From: an uncultured Gemmatimonadales bacterium
GTDB lineage: Bacteria; Gemmatimonadota; Gemmatimonadetes; Longimicrobiales; RSA9
Assembly (NCBI GenBank): GCA_963798845.1
Contig: CAWCUS010000006.1
Coordinates: 480,001 to 544,000 of the forward strand
Direction: 5' to 3'
DNA length: 64,000 nt
The notes beneath the pieces were generated by a model. That model saw only the letters and a list, made by a program, of their open reading frames with translations. It did no database searches and had not been told where the DNA came from. This document shows positions 51,537 to 61,517 of this stretch, piece after piece; positions within the stretch are counted from its first letter, which is position 1, and the number at the start of each line of letters is the position of its first letter. The translations under genes were made by a program, and so were the position numbers.

Positions 51537-52761
51537 CTATTCCACGAGGCGGATCTGGCGGACGAGCGGGCTCTGCGTCGGCCCGGCCGGACCCGTTCCC
51601 TCCACGTAGTAGAGGAAGCGGGCGAGCACGGCGTCCTTCCGCTTGGTCTGCCCCACCAGGAAGATCTTGGCGAAGTTGTTGAACTCGATCTCGTCGGACG
51701 GATTCGATGTCCTGGTTCAGCATGGCCGGGTCCACCAGCCCGATCACGATCACCCGCGGGCTTCGAATCCAGCCAGTCCGTCCCCGGCGCTCGAGCCGAC
51801 CACCGTCTTCGTGGCCTCGTCCCATTGGGCGCCGGGGTCCATCGTCCATGAGATCGCCGATGCCCTGGAACGTGGGGCCGATCATGTTGCCGGGCTCCAG
51901 GTCGTACTGGTCCTCGGTGGTGCTCGGGTCCCCGTCCCCGATCACCGTCGTGGTCGGGTTGCAGGTGACGATGTTGTTCCGGAAGTCGTTGGCGCCGCTC
52001 GAATCGCCGATCCGCCACGGGTAGAACACGCCGGGTCGCGCGATCTTCGGGTCGTGCGGGTCCGACGGCTTGATGTTGAGCACCCGGCCGTAGTCGTCGG
52101 TGTACGCGTCGCTGCCGTTGCGCCAGGCGCTGCCGTAGCCGGTTGCGCCGGTGGCGTCGCCCACGGCCTGGGCCACCTGGTAATAGTCGCCGTCGCCGGG
52201 GTTGTAGTCCCAGTCCTCGTCCTCGTCCCACCAGTCGTCGCCGTCGGCGTCTTCGCCGCTCCCCTCGTGCCAGAGGTCGGGGAGCACGAACGGCTTCAGG
52301 CAGGCGTTGCTGGCGCCCGAGTTCATGGCCACCGCGGCGGCTTCGGCCGTGACCGCGATCTGGTTCACGCCGAACACCTTCGCGAACCAGGTCGCGATGC
52401 CGCGGCGGCGGACCCACACCCGGACCTTCTGGCTGTCGGGGATGACGGCCACCCGGACGTCCTGGACCTGGTCGATGTGCTCGTTCCGGATCTCGTTGCG
52501 CGCCACGTAGTCGTGCGCGCGCGCGTCCGCCGAATCGATGGTGGCGGGCGCGTCCGCGGGCGTGAAGTCCAGGTACGCGCTGGCGCCGGCCAGCGCGGCG
52601 GCGTCGGCCATGCGCTGGGCCTCGGCGCGGCCGGTGTAGGCCATGCCGAGGTCCACGGCCAGCGAGATGATGGCCAGCAGTCCCAGCAGCATCACGGCGA
52701 CGAGGGGGATGGCGACGCCCTCCCGGCGTCCGGAAACGATCACGTCCACGTGCAGATCCAT
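51537..52761 (-). CDS. TadG-like pilus tip protein (several frameshifts at about 51690-51850)
   Basis: REGVAIPLVAVML...LAVDLGM...AQRMADAAALAGA Tad N-terminus. The C-terminus ...NNFAKIFL...RQIRLVE* is in another frame. Confidence 0.82.
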
Positions 52762-52768
52762 GGCTCGC

Positions 52769-54136
52769 TCACTCTTCCTGCCCGCCTCCTCCGGGGACCG
52801 GGGGCGGCGGGACGGTCAGCTCCCCGACGGGAAGCTTGATGACGGACTGGTCGAAGATCCTGCTGCGCTCCCACGTGGCGGGCTCGCCCGTGGGCAGGGC
52901 CGGCGAGGTGTCGCTCGGCTTCACGAGATACGGCGTCACGATCACCAGCAGCTCGGTCTGGGTGTCGCGGCTCGAGCGGTTGCTGAAGAACGCGCCGATG
53001 ATCGGGATCTGGCCCAGGATCGGGATCTGGTCCACGTCCTTCTGGTGCTCGTTGTTGAGCAGCCCCGCGATGGCGATGCTCTGCCCCGACTTCAGCTCCA
53101 CCTGCGTGGTGGCACGGCGCGTGTTCAGCGCCGGGATCTGGTAGCCGGAGAACGTCAGGCCGTTGGCGAAGTCCAGCGAAGACACCTCGGGCGCCACCTC
53201 GAGACGGATGCCGCCGTCGTTCATGATGCGCGGCGTGAAGTTCAGCCGGATGCCGAACTCCTTCCACTGGATCGTGACCTGGTTGTTCGCGCCGCCCTGG
53301 ACGGACGGGTAGGGGAACTCGCCGCCGGCCAGGAAGGTGGCTTCCTGCCCCTCGATGGCCACGAGGTTCGGCTCGGCCAGGCTCTTGAAGTACCCCTGCG
53401 TGCGCAGCGCGCGCAGGAACCAGTCGAGCTCGGTGCCGTTGTCGCCGAGGAGCAGGAGCTGGACGATGCCCTCGGAGAGCGTCTCCAGCGAGGAGCCCAC
53501 CACCTTCTCCACGTTGCCGAACTCGTGCGGGTTCAGCGCCCGGATGTCGCTCGAGAGGTTGTGCAGGATGCTGCGGTCCACTTCGGCGAAGCGGACGTGC
53601 AGGAGCACCTGCTGCGCCGAGGGCGCCACCATGTTGTTGATGACCTCCGCGCCGCCGCTCTGGAGGATCTCCATGGCGCGCCGGGCGGTGCGGGGATCGC
53701 GGACGGTGCCGCTCACCACCACCGCCTGGCCGCTGGCGGTGACCCGGATGTCCGCCTGCGGGAAGAGCTGGTCCATCTGCCGCTGGAGCGCCCCGACGTC
53801 CGGCGTGACGGCGACCGTGTACATGCGCACGCCGCCGTCCTGCTCCCAGACGAACAGGCTCGTGGAGCCGACGCCGATGGCGTTCACCACCAGCTCCCCG
53901 GGGGAGACCAGGGCGTAGTCGGCGATGGAGGGGTCGCCCACGAGCACCCTCTTGAGCGGCTGCGGCTGCGTGAGCAGCGCGGAGCTCCCCTTCGCGAGCG
54001 TGATCACCTGCCCGGGCTCCGACATGACCCGCTGCGCTGCGGCCCCGCTGGCCCACGCCAGCCCCACCACCATCACCATTGCCGCCAGCCAGCGCGGCCC
54101 CACGGAGGCGCCTTCACCCCCATGCTCGTAGCTCAT
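52769..54136 (-). CDS. cpaC: Tad secretin CpaC/RcpA
   Basis: Signal peptide, BON-like region, QVLLHVRFAEV, LAEPNL, FLAGGEFP, IPILGQIPIIGAFF and ELLVIVTP. Confidence 0.94.
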   Translation of the reverse strand: MSYEHGGEGASVGPRWLAAMVMVVGLAWASGAAAQRVMSEPGQVITLAKGSSALLTQPQPLKRVLVGDPSIADYALVSPGELVVNAIGVGSTSLFVWEQDGGVRMYTVAVTPDVGALQRQMDQLFPQADIRVTASGQAVVVSGTVRDPRTARRAMEILQSGGAEVINNMVAPSAQQVLLHVRFAEVDRSILHNLSSDIRALNPHEFGNVEKVVGSSLETLSEGIVQLLLLGDNGTELDWFLRALRTQGYFKSLAEPNLVAIEGQEATFLAGGEFPYPSVQGGANNQVTIQWKEFGIRLNFTPRIMNDGGIRLEVAPEVSSLDFANGLTFSGYQIPALNTRRATTQVELKSGQSIAIAGLLNNEHQKDVDQIPILGQIPIIGAFFSNRSSRDTQTELLVIVTPYLVKPSDTSPALPTGEPATWERSRIFDQSVIKLPVGELTVPPPPVPGGGGQEE

Positions 54137-54187
54137 GTCTGCGCCCTTTCCCTGGTGTGCGTGCGAATTTAGCAGTCGACGACCGGC

Positions 54188-54994
54188 TCAGAATCGCTGC
54201 AGCGAACGAGCGCCGCCACGGTACAGCTCCACCGAGGGCGGCGCCGGCCGCGGCACCACGCGCCCCGCCGACGAGCGCCGGGTGGGTCCCGACATCAACG
54301 CGCTCTTGCGGATCCCGTCCGTGCTCACCTCCGCCACGTCGATCATGTTGCGGAGCGCGAGCTGGAGCTGCCCCTCCTGGCTCGCCAGCGTCAGCTTCTC
54401 CGCTTCCTGGGGCGTCACCAGGAGGGTGACCACCGAATAGGTCATCGGCTTGCCCTCCTCGTCGCGGCTGGACACCTGGCCGGCGGCCAGGACGGTCATG
54501 TCCTGGAGGATGATCTGCGTGCGGGGCTCGCCGCCCTGTTCCAGGCTGAGGAGCACGTCCACGCGCGTGTACGGGATCACGAACCCGGCCACCGAGACCA
54601 CCTCGTTCACGCGGATGCTCAGCGCCCGCTTGCCTTCCGGGATCGTGATCGGCAGGCCGGCGCCGCTCCCCTTCTCCGCCAGGTCGCTGGCGAGGATCGG
54701 CTCGTTCATGTGCACGGCCGTCATGATCCCCCGGCCCACCGCGTCGGCCGGGACGGAGACGTAGTTGTCGGGCAGGGAGCTGGCCGGCCACTCGATCACG
54801 TTCAGGTCCTCCCGTGTCAGCAGCGCGCCCACGGGGAGCGCCCGCGCGGCCACCACCACCTGGGCCGTCCGGTCCGGCCGGACCGCCACGGACGTGGCGG
54901 GGCGCGTGGACAGGTAGCGCAGCGTCGAGAACCCGGCCACGGCGGCCGCGACCAGCGCGAGCAGGAGGATGACGACGACGCGTCGCTGCTTCAT
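54188..54994 (-). CDS. cpaB: Flp pilus assembly protein CpaB/RcpC
   Basis: SAF domain VVVAARALPVG, GKRALSIRV, VAGFV..RVDVL and VTLLVTPQEAEKL. Confidence 0.94.
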   Translation of the reverse strand: MKQRRVVVILLLALVAAAVAGFSTLRYLSTRPATSVAVRPDRTAQVVVAARALPVGALLTREDLNVIEWPASSLPDNYVSVPADAVGRGIMTAVHMNEPILASDLAEKGSGAGLPITIPEGKRALSIRVNEVVSVAGFVIPYTRVDVLLSLEQGGEPRTQIILQDMTVLAAGQVSSRDEEGKPMTYSVVTLLVTPQEAEKLTLASQEGQLQLALRNMIDVAEVSTDGIRKSALMSGPTRRSSAGRVVPRPAPPSVELYRGGARSLQRF

Positions 54995-55006
54995 GAATCC
55001 CTTCTC

Positions 55007-55475
55007 CTATTCGTTCCGCATGACCATGCGGCTCTTCAGCGTGATCGTGGCCTGCCCCGTGGTCCAGCTCAGGAACGGGCCAACCAGGTTGAACCGGTAC
55101 GGGTACTCGAGGTAGACCATGCTCGGCTGCCCCGTCGCGACTCCGCCGCCGCCGCCGCCGTCGTCGAGATCGATGCACGGCGGCGAGCCGCAGGGTCTGC
55201 GTCAGCCCGCTCGGGTCCAGGCGGCCGTTCGCCAGCGCCTGCGCGACATGGGCGAGCACCGAGTCCGCGGTCGAGTTGTTGGCCACGGCCGAGACCCGGG
55301 CCCCTTCGCGCGCCGCGTCGGCAATGACGTGCTGGGCGCTCCAGGCCCGGGCGAAGTCGATCATCCCCATGACGATGAGGAGCAGGATCGGCGCGATCAG
55401 GGCGAACTCCACCACCGCCTGACCTGGCCGGGAGCCGCGCTCCCGCGATTCCGGCCGCGCGGCGCGACGCGTCAT
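55007..55475 (-). CDS. TadE-like minor pilin (frameshift near 55130-55200)
   Basis: GQAVVEFALIAPILL...AAREGAR. The C-terminus ...YLEYPYRFNLVGPFL...MVMRNE* is in a shifted frame. Confidence 0.85.
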
Positions 55476-56008
55476 CCCATTAGCCATTTCGAGTACGGGG
55501 TAAAGAGAGTCAGTGCCGCCGCGCCGGCGATGGCCACGGCGTACGGGACGGTGAGGCGTCCCTCGTCGCCGAGCCGGGCGCGGTGGCCCTTCGAGCCCAG
55601 CGTAGCGGCGTGCTTCGCGAGGTCCAGCGTCATGACCGTCGCCTCGATTCCAGCGCGCCTGCGCACCACCATGAGAATGGCCACCAGGCCACCCATCGCG
55701 CCGAACGCCAGGAGGTACGGGACGAGCCCGGCCCACCCCACCGCCAGCGCTCCGACCATCAGGAACTTCGCATCCCCGCCGCCGATCGCACCGATCGCGA
55801 ACGCGGCGAAGGCCAGCGCGAACGCGAGCAGCCCCGCGAGCAGCGCCCCCGGGATGCTCCCCGCCCCGCCCGCGCCGGCCGAGGCCAGCAGGGCGAGGGG
55901 GAGGCCCGCGAGGACGAGACCGTTGGGCACCCGTCGAGCCCGGACGTCCGTGATGGCGCCGAGCATGAGGACAACAGTAACGGGTACCGCAAACAGTGTC
56001 GAGGACAT
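55472..56008 (-). CDS. cpaA: Prepilin peptidase CpaA/TadV (A24A)
   Basis: TDVRARRVPN, GGGDAK and VPYAVAI. Confidence 0.92.
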   Translation of the reverse strand: MSSTLFAVPVTVVLMLGAITDVRARRVPNGLVLAGLPLALLASAGAGGAGSIPGALLAGLLAFALAFAAFAIGAIGGGDAKFLMVGALAVGWAGLVPYLLAFGAMGGLVAILMVVRRRAGIEATVMTLDLAKHAATLGSKGHRARLGDEGRLTVPYAVAIAGAAALTLFTPYSKWLMG

Positions 56009-56043
56009 TCACTTCGTTTCGCGTGAGATCCGGCGGCGCGCGA

Positions 56044-56073
56044 GCGGGTGGGACGTTCTGCCGCCCCACCCGC
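56044..56073 (-). terminator. Hairpin downstream of flp (terminator or mRNA stabiliser)
   Basis: GCGGGTGGG (56044-56052) pairs with CCCACCCGC (56065-56073), between flp and cpaA. Confidence 0.5.
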
Positions 56074-56096
56074 ACAGGCCGCATTGCCCGGCGTGG

Positions 56097-56290
56097 TCAC
56101 GTCGCTGTACGTGTTGCCGGGCGCGTCGTTCAGCGTGTTGGAGATCGTGTCGAAGATCGTCGCCGATGGCGTTCCGGAAGATCAGCATCACGGCGACGAG
56201 GCCGATGGCCACGAGCGCGATGATGAGCACGTACTCCACGAGGCCCTGGCCGGACTCGTCCGACAGGAAGCTCTGCCACAACTCCTTCAT
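56097..56290 (-). CDS. flp: Flp family type IVc major pilin (frameshift near 56161; end approximate)
   Basis: SD GAGGAGG, MKELWQSFLSDESG|QGLVEYVLIIALVAIG (Flp motif). Continues in a shifted frame as TIFDTISNTLNDAPGNTY. Confidence 0.88.
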
Positions 56291-56432
56291 TGTTCCTCCT
56301 CGTCCCACTGGGGACCGGGTGAGTGACTGCCCGAATGTCGGGCGGGATCGGGGCGGGCGCCCGAACCGGCGCCCGACAAGGGGAGCTACCCCGTTCTGGC
56401 AGGTCGCTCGACCCGCCGTCGCCCGAACATGG

Positions 56433-56500
56433 TTACAGGAGGCGTGCCGCGCATGTGGTGTGGGGTTTTCCGCGCCATTGCTCGATTTTTGCGCCATTGC
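56433..56500 (-). promoter_or_regulatory. Candidate flp promoter: sigma54-like element and direct repeats
   Basis: Minus-strand CGGCACGCCTCCTGTAA at 56433-56449 (GG-N10-GT). GCAATGGCGC occurs twice, at 56472-56481 and 56491-56500. Confidence 0.4.
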
Positions 56501-56548
56501 CGGATGTCTCCCGGCTCCGCCTTGTACCGCATCGGGACAGCGGGAACG

Positions 56549-58620
56549 TCACGATGCGACACGGCCGCGGCCGTGCGCTGGCCGGCCAGGGAACCCGCGT
56601 TCAGCATGAACGAGGCTCGCCGCCAGCGCGAGGACCAGGACCGCCGCGGCGATGAGGCTGACGAGCCTCGCCAATGTCTCGACGCGCCCGGGCCGCCAGA
56701 CCAGGCGCACCTCCTCGGATGCGGGGACCACGAGCAGGTGATGCGGCGCGGCCGGGTAGGGCCCGGCCCCAGGAGGCACGAGGCGCCACGCGGGGAAATA
56801 CGAGAGCCGCAGGAGCAGTGGCGTGCCCGGGCGGGCGCCGGAGAACCGGATCTCGCCAGGGAGCATGCGGACCGCGGCTTCGGGCGACCGCAGGGACGAC
56901 ACGGCGTGAGAGCCGCCGGCAACGGGCGGCGGTGCCGCCACGGGAAGCGGCAGCCGTCCTCCGGAAGCGAACCACTCGGCGGCGGCGCCGGGCAGGGAAT
57001 CGGGAGGAACGGGATGGAGGGTGCCGGGGTCCAGGGCCACGGCGTCGTCCTGGATTTCGAACAGCCGCCATATCGAGTCTCGAGCCACCTGCCGCGCACC
57101 GGTAAGGTCGGAGGCCTCCAGGAACGCGGGCGTCCCGGCCAGGACGATGAAGCGGGCGCCGAGGAGGCGTGCCTGGCGAACGCCGAGGTCCGGGTCCGGC
57201 CGGGCCTCCCCGGGCGGCGACAGAAACCCCACGGCACCCGTGAGGTTCGCGCGGGCGCGGTTCACGTAAGGGGCGTTCGGGCTGGACTCCTGCCACAGGC
57301 CGCCCAGATGCGTCTGCCGGACCACCCGTACAGGTGCTGTAACGCGCCGTCGCTCAGGAGGCGCGCCGTCCTCTCGTTAGGGGCGTGCTGAATCGGGAAG
57401 CGAACGGCGTCCAGCACGGCGCCGGGAGGGAGGCCGCGGAGCGTCGCCCGCAGCGCGGCCCATGACGCCGAATCGGCCGCGGCTCCAGCCCCGGCCAGGA
57501 TCACCTCCGCCGCTCGCCTGGGTGGCGCGCGCACGATCAGGAGCCCGAGCATCACGCCGAGGCCGAATAGCCCGGCCGCGGCACGCGGAAGGTCGCGTCG
57601 CCCGGTCAGATCCCGGACGGAGCGGCCAATCGCCACCACCGCGAGGCAGCTGGCAGACCAGAACCCGAAGGGGAGGAGCCGAGCCGCGTAGAACGGCGGA
57701 TCCGGCAGCGCCAGCGGCACAACCGAGACGAAGAGAAGCAGGGCCGCGAGGCGGTAGAACGCAGCGCCCAGGGCGGCGGGGCGCCGGATGAACGCGAGGA
57801 GCGCCAGGGCCGCCAGCGGGACACCCTCGTAGAGCAGAGCGTGGACCTGCGCGGTCGGAACGGGGCCCCAGGTCAGCCGGCTCATCTCCCCGGAATACAC
57901 GAGGAACGGCACCGTCCACCAGGCCGACAGCGCGAACGCGGCGGCCCACGTCCCCGCCATTAGCAGCCACCCGCGGCGCCGCGCCAGGGCCAGCGATCCC
58001 ACCACCACCACTCCCGTCACCAGGACGTGGGAAAGCGCGGTCGCGGCGAGGAGCACCGTCGAGAGCGCGAAGCGCGGCGCTGTCGGCCGGTCCAGAAGAC
58101 GTGGGAGCGAGGCGAGGTAGAACAGCGCCAGCGGCACCGCCAGTCCGAAGGAGAACTCGCCGACCACGGCGGCTTCGACGGTGCCGCCCGCCAGCGCCAG
58201 CGCGTGGGACAGCAGGAAGAACGCCGAGCCCGCCGCCGCCAGCGCGGCGCCGGACCGGGAGCCTCCGGTCGCGACGACCACGGATCCCGCCGCCACGGGC
58301 GTGAGGACCGGCCCCAGGAGCACGACGAAGGTCACGGCCGCGGCGAGCGGCACGGCCGCCGACAGGGCGCCGATCAGGAGAGCCGGGAGCGGAAAATAGA
58401 AGTAGAAGCGCGGAAATCCTCCGAACCAGGCGTACGACCAGCCGCGGAAGCCGCCGTGATGCAGCGAAGCGATGGACTCCTGGAGCGGCGCCATGTGCCC
58501 TCCCAGGTCGCCGAGGACCGGGACGGCGGGATGGAGGAGAGGGGCCGGGCCGGTGCCGTACACGACGGCCGCGGCGCCGAAGGCCAGCGAGAGCGCGATC
58601 CAGCCGGTGTTGCTTCTCAC
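56549..58620 (-). CDS. PTPS-related/YfhO-like GT-C membrane protein, paralog 1 (frameshift near 57320)
   Basis: GDLGGH, GWSYAWFGGFPRFYFYFPLP, GEFSF, WWTVPF, GGLWQESS and LRLSYFPAW. Confidence 0.75.
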
Positions 58621-60740
58621 CGGGGCGGCGAGGCCGCGGGGGCGTGTGCGGGCCCGCGCGTGTGGCTGCGCCGGATCATGCCGGCGGCGAGGGCGAGGAG
58701 GAGGAGGGCGGCGGCCGTCCAGCTCGTGGCGAGGCTGGCGCGCTCCGGCCATCCCGTGACCCAGACCAGCCGGACTTCGCTGGAGAGGGGAAGGACGAGC
58801 ATGTCGTTGGGCGCGGCGCGGAACGGTCCGCGGCCGGGTGTGGCCAGGCGCCAGTTCGGAAAGAAGGAGAGGCGGACGAGCAGGGGCTGTCCGGGAACGG
58901 CGCCGCGCAGGGTAATGTCGCGGGGCCCGAGGCGGACCTGGGCCTCGCCCAGGCGAACGGCGCCCGGGAAGGCGGATCCCCGCGGCGCGAGGGCGGAGTC
59001 GATCCGAACGGGGAGCGGCGAGCCGCCTCCGCGCTCGAACCAGGCCGCGGCTGCCGCGGAGAAGGAGTCGCGCGCGGTCGGGGCAACCCGCGCCACGCCT
59101 ACCGCGGCGGCGGCACCGGCGATTTCGTAGAGTCGCCAGCTCGAGTCGCGCGCGAGCTCCCGGACGCCGTGAAAGCGAAGCGTGTCGAGCGCCGCGGCGG
59201 GCCCCGACATCACGAGGTACCGGGCGCCGAGCAGCCGCGCCTGCCGGATGCCGAGGTCGGGATCCGGAGGACGCTCGGGGAACACCCTCATCCTGGAGCT
59301 CAGGTCGCCCCGGAGGTTGCCGCGCGCGCGCAGCTCGAATGCGCTCCGCCGGCTGGATTCCTGCCAGGTTCCGCCGACGGTGCGGTGGCCCGTGAGCCGG
59401 TGGAGGTGCAGCAGGCCGCCATCGGCGAGGAAGCGCGGGGGATCCGTATTGCGGGCATGAAGAGACGCTTCGGCCACCGCGCCCGGCGGCAGGCGCTGGA
59501 TGTACCGCTCGAGAGAAAGCCACGCGGCCGCGTCCACGGCCTCGCGCATGCCGCCGAAGTTCACTTCAGCCGTCCTCCTCGGCGGAGGGCTGGCGGCCGC
59601 GACGACCAGCAGGGCGCCCAGACCCGCGATTCCGATGACGGCACGTACCCGGCGCCGCCGCGCCGCCATGGCCAGCACCGACTGCCAGCCCGCCACCACG
59701 GCAAGGCTGCACCCCGCCCAGAGGCCGAAGGGAAGAAGGCGCCCGGGGTAGAACGGCGGATCGGGAACCACGAGGGGAATGATGCCGGTGACCATGAACA
59801 CGCCAGCCACGCGGTAGAAACGCGGCCCCAGCGCCGTGGTGCGCCAGCCGAGGGCCAGGAGCGCCAGCACGCCCACCGGCACCCCTTCGTACAGAAGCGC
59901 CGCCAGCTCGCGCGTAGCGATGGGCGACCAGCTGAGCCTGCCCATCTCGCCCGCGTACCACAGAAACGGGACCGTCCACCACGCGGACAGGAGGAACCCT
60001 GCGGCCCACGTCCCCGCCGTCCTGAGCAGGTCGCGTCCGCGCCCCACGAGCGCGACGGAGCCGATCACGGCCACGGCCGTTCCCAGCACGTGGGAAAGAG
60101 CCGTGGCCGCCAGCAGCACAGAGGACAGGATGAACCACCCCGCGCCGGGACGCCGCATCAGCCCCGGCAGCGAAGCCAGGTAGAAGATCCCCAGCGTCAC
60201 GGACATCCCGTAGGAGAACTCTCCCACGACCGCCGCCTCCAGCGTTCCCCCCGCCAGCGCGAGCGATCGAAACAGGAGGAAGACCCCGGTCCCCAGCGCG
60301 ATCAGCACCGCGCCGCCGCGCGTGCCGCCCGTCGAACGGGCCAGCCCGGCCGCCGCCAGCGGCAGAAGCGCCGGGCCCACCAGTACGACCACCACCGAGG
60401 CGTGGCCGAGGCCGATCAGGGCGGAGAGTCCGGCGATGAGGAGGGCTGGGAGCGGGAAATAGAAGTAGAAGCGCGGGAATCCGCCAAACCAGCTGAACGA
60501 CCAGCCACGGAACGACCCCTGGCGCAGCGCCTCCATCGACTCGCGGATGGGCACCATGTGGCCGCCCAGGTCGCCGAAGATCGGAGGATCGGGGGAAAGG
60601 AGAGGGCGGATTCCTGTGCCGAACCCGACTGCGGCAAGGCCGATGAGAATGGAGAGCCCGATCCAGGGAACGCGGCAGGGAGGCGACGCGGGGAGGTGGC
60701 CGGCGACACGGGGGTCGGCGCCTTCGGTGCCGGGTCGCAT
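58617..60740 (-). CDS. PTPS-related/YfhO-like GT-C membrane protein, paralog 2
   Basis: Same motifs as paralog 1: GDLGGH, GWSFSWFGGFPRFYFYFPLP, GGTWQESS and VRLSFFPNW. Confidence 0.78.
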   Translation of the reverse strand: MRPGTEGADPRVAGHLPASPPCRVPWIGLSILIGLAAVGFGTGIRPLLSPDPPIFGDLGGHMVPIRESMEALRQGSFRGWSFSWFGGFPRFYFYFPLPALLIAGLSALIGLGHASVVVVLVGPALLPLAAAGLARSTGGTRGGAVLIALGTGVFLLFRSLALAGGTLEAAVVGEFSYGMSVTLGIFYLASLPGLMRRPGAGWFILSSVLLAATALSHVLGTAVAVIGSVALVGRGRDLLRTAGTWAAGFLLSAWWTVPFLWYAGEMGRLSWSPIATRELAALLYEGVPVGVLALLALGWRTTALGPRFYRVAGVFMVTGIIPLVVPDPPFYPGRLLPFGLWAGCSLAVVAGWQSVLAMAARRRRVRAVIGIAGLGALLVVAAASPPPRRTAEVNFGGMREAVDAAAWLSLERYIQRLPPGAVAEASLHARNTDPPRFLADGGLLHLHRLTGHRTVGGTWQESSRRSAFELRARGNLRGDLSSRMRVFPERPPDPDLGIRQARLLGARYLVMSGPAAALDTLRFHGVRELARDSSWRLYEIAGAAAAVGVARVAPTARDSFSAAAAAWFERGGGSPLPVRIDSALAPRGSAFPGAVRLGEAQVRLGPRDITLRGAVPGQPLLVRLSFFPNWRLATPGRGPFRAAPNDMLVLPLSSEVRLVWVTGWPERASLATSWTAAALLLLALAAGMIRRSHTRGPAHAPAASPPR

Positions 60741-60743
60741 CAC

Positions 60744-61517
60744 CTATCTGGGGGGCGGCGCTGCTCCGGCGGGATCCGCAGGCGCGGCAAGCCCGGAAGC
60801 CTCGCGGGAGAGCCGTGCATAGAGGGAAAGGAGCTGGGCGAGCCCGCCGATCCGGCTGCGCCACTGGTTGAAGGCGCGGTCGCGAGCCCCGTGGAGTGCC
60901 ACGGGGACCTGGACGAGGGAGCTTCCACTCCGGGCCAGGCGCCAGAGCACTTCGGTGTCCCAGAGCCACCCCTCCTCCTTGACGTCCGGGAGGATCGCGC
61001 GCATGGCGGTGCCGTCGAACGCCTTCATGCCGGTCTGGTGGTCCTGGAGGCCGCTGCGGAGCACGAGGCGAGCGGCCGCGTTCACGGCGCGGCTGGCCAG
61101 GCGGCGCAGGGCGGGGCGCGCGGCGAGCGCGGCCCCCATTTTGGCGCCGGCGGCGCAGCCGGCGCCATCGCGGACCGCCCGGATGAGGGCTGGCAGGTCT
61201 TCCGGGGCGAGGTCGAGGTCGCTGTCCATGAAGGCGAGGATCTCTCCCCGGGCCTGCCGGAGGGCACGCGTCAGGACCAGCCCCTTGCCCGGGCGGTCCA
61301 CGGGCACGACGCGGATGGAAGGATCCGCCCGGAGCGCCCGGGCGACCGTGTCGTCCGAGGAAGCGGAGTCGCCGAGCAGGATCTCGTACGTCCAGCCGTT
61401 CTGCTCGAGCGCGGCCGCGACGCGGAGAACCACCTCCGCAATGGTATCGGCTTCGTCCCGTGCCGGGAGGACGACGCTGACGAGGGGCGGTGCGTTGCGC
61501 ACGCTGGGGTCAACCAT
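60744..61517 (-). CDS. Polyprenol-phosphate glycosyltransferase (GT2, DPM/ALG5-like)
   Basis: VSVVLPARDE, DSASSDDT, GKG, FMDSDL, DHQTGMKAF and WLWDTEVL. Confidence 0.88.
   Translation of the reverse strand: MVDPSVRNAPPLVSVVLPARDEADTIAEVVLRVAAALEQNGWTYEILLGDSASSDDTVARALRADPSIRVVPVDRPGKGLVLTRALRQARGEILAFMDSDLDLAPEDLPALIRAVRDGAGCAAGAKMGAALAARPALRRLASRAVNAAARLVLRSGLQDHQTGMKAFDGTAMRAILPDVKEEGWLWDTEVLWRLARSGSSLVQVPVALHGARDRAFNQWRSRIGGLAQLLSLYARLSREASGLAAPADPAGAAPPPR

Noticed and set aside
50279..52417. 712-aa extended CpaE
   Set aside because: The N-terminal ~300 aa is an off-frame overlap with tadG; the real start is probably 51526.
56291..56430. c-di-GMP riboswitch upstream of flp
   Set aside because: No recognisable c-di-GMP-I or -II consensus was seen by eye; an Infernal search would be needed.
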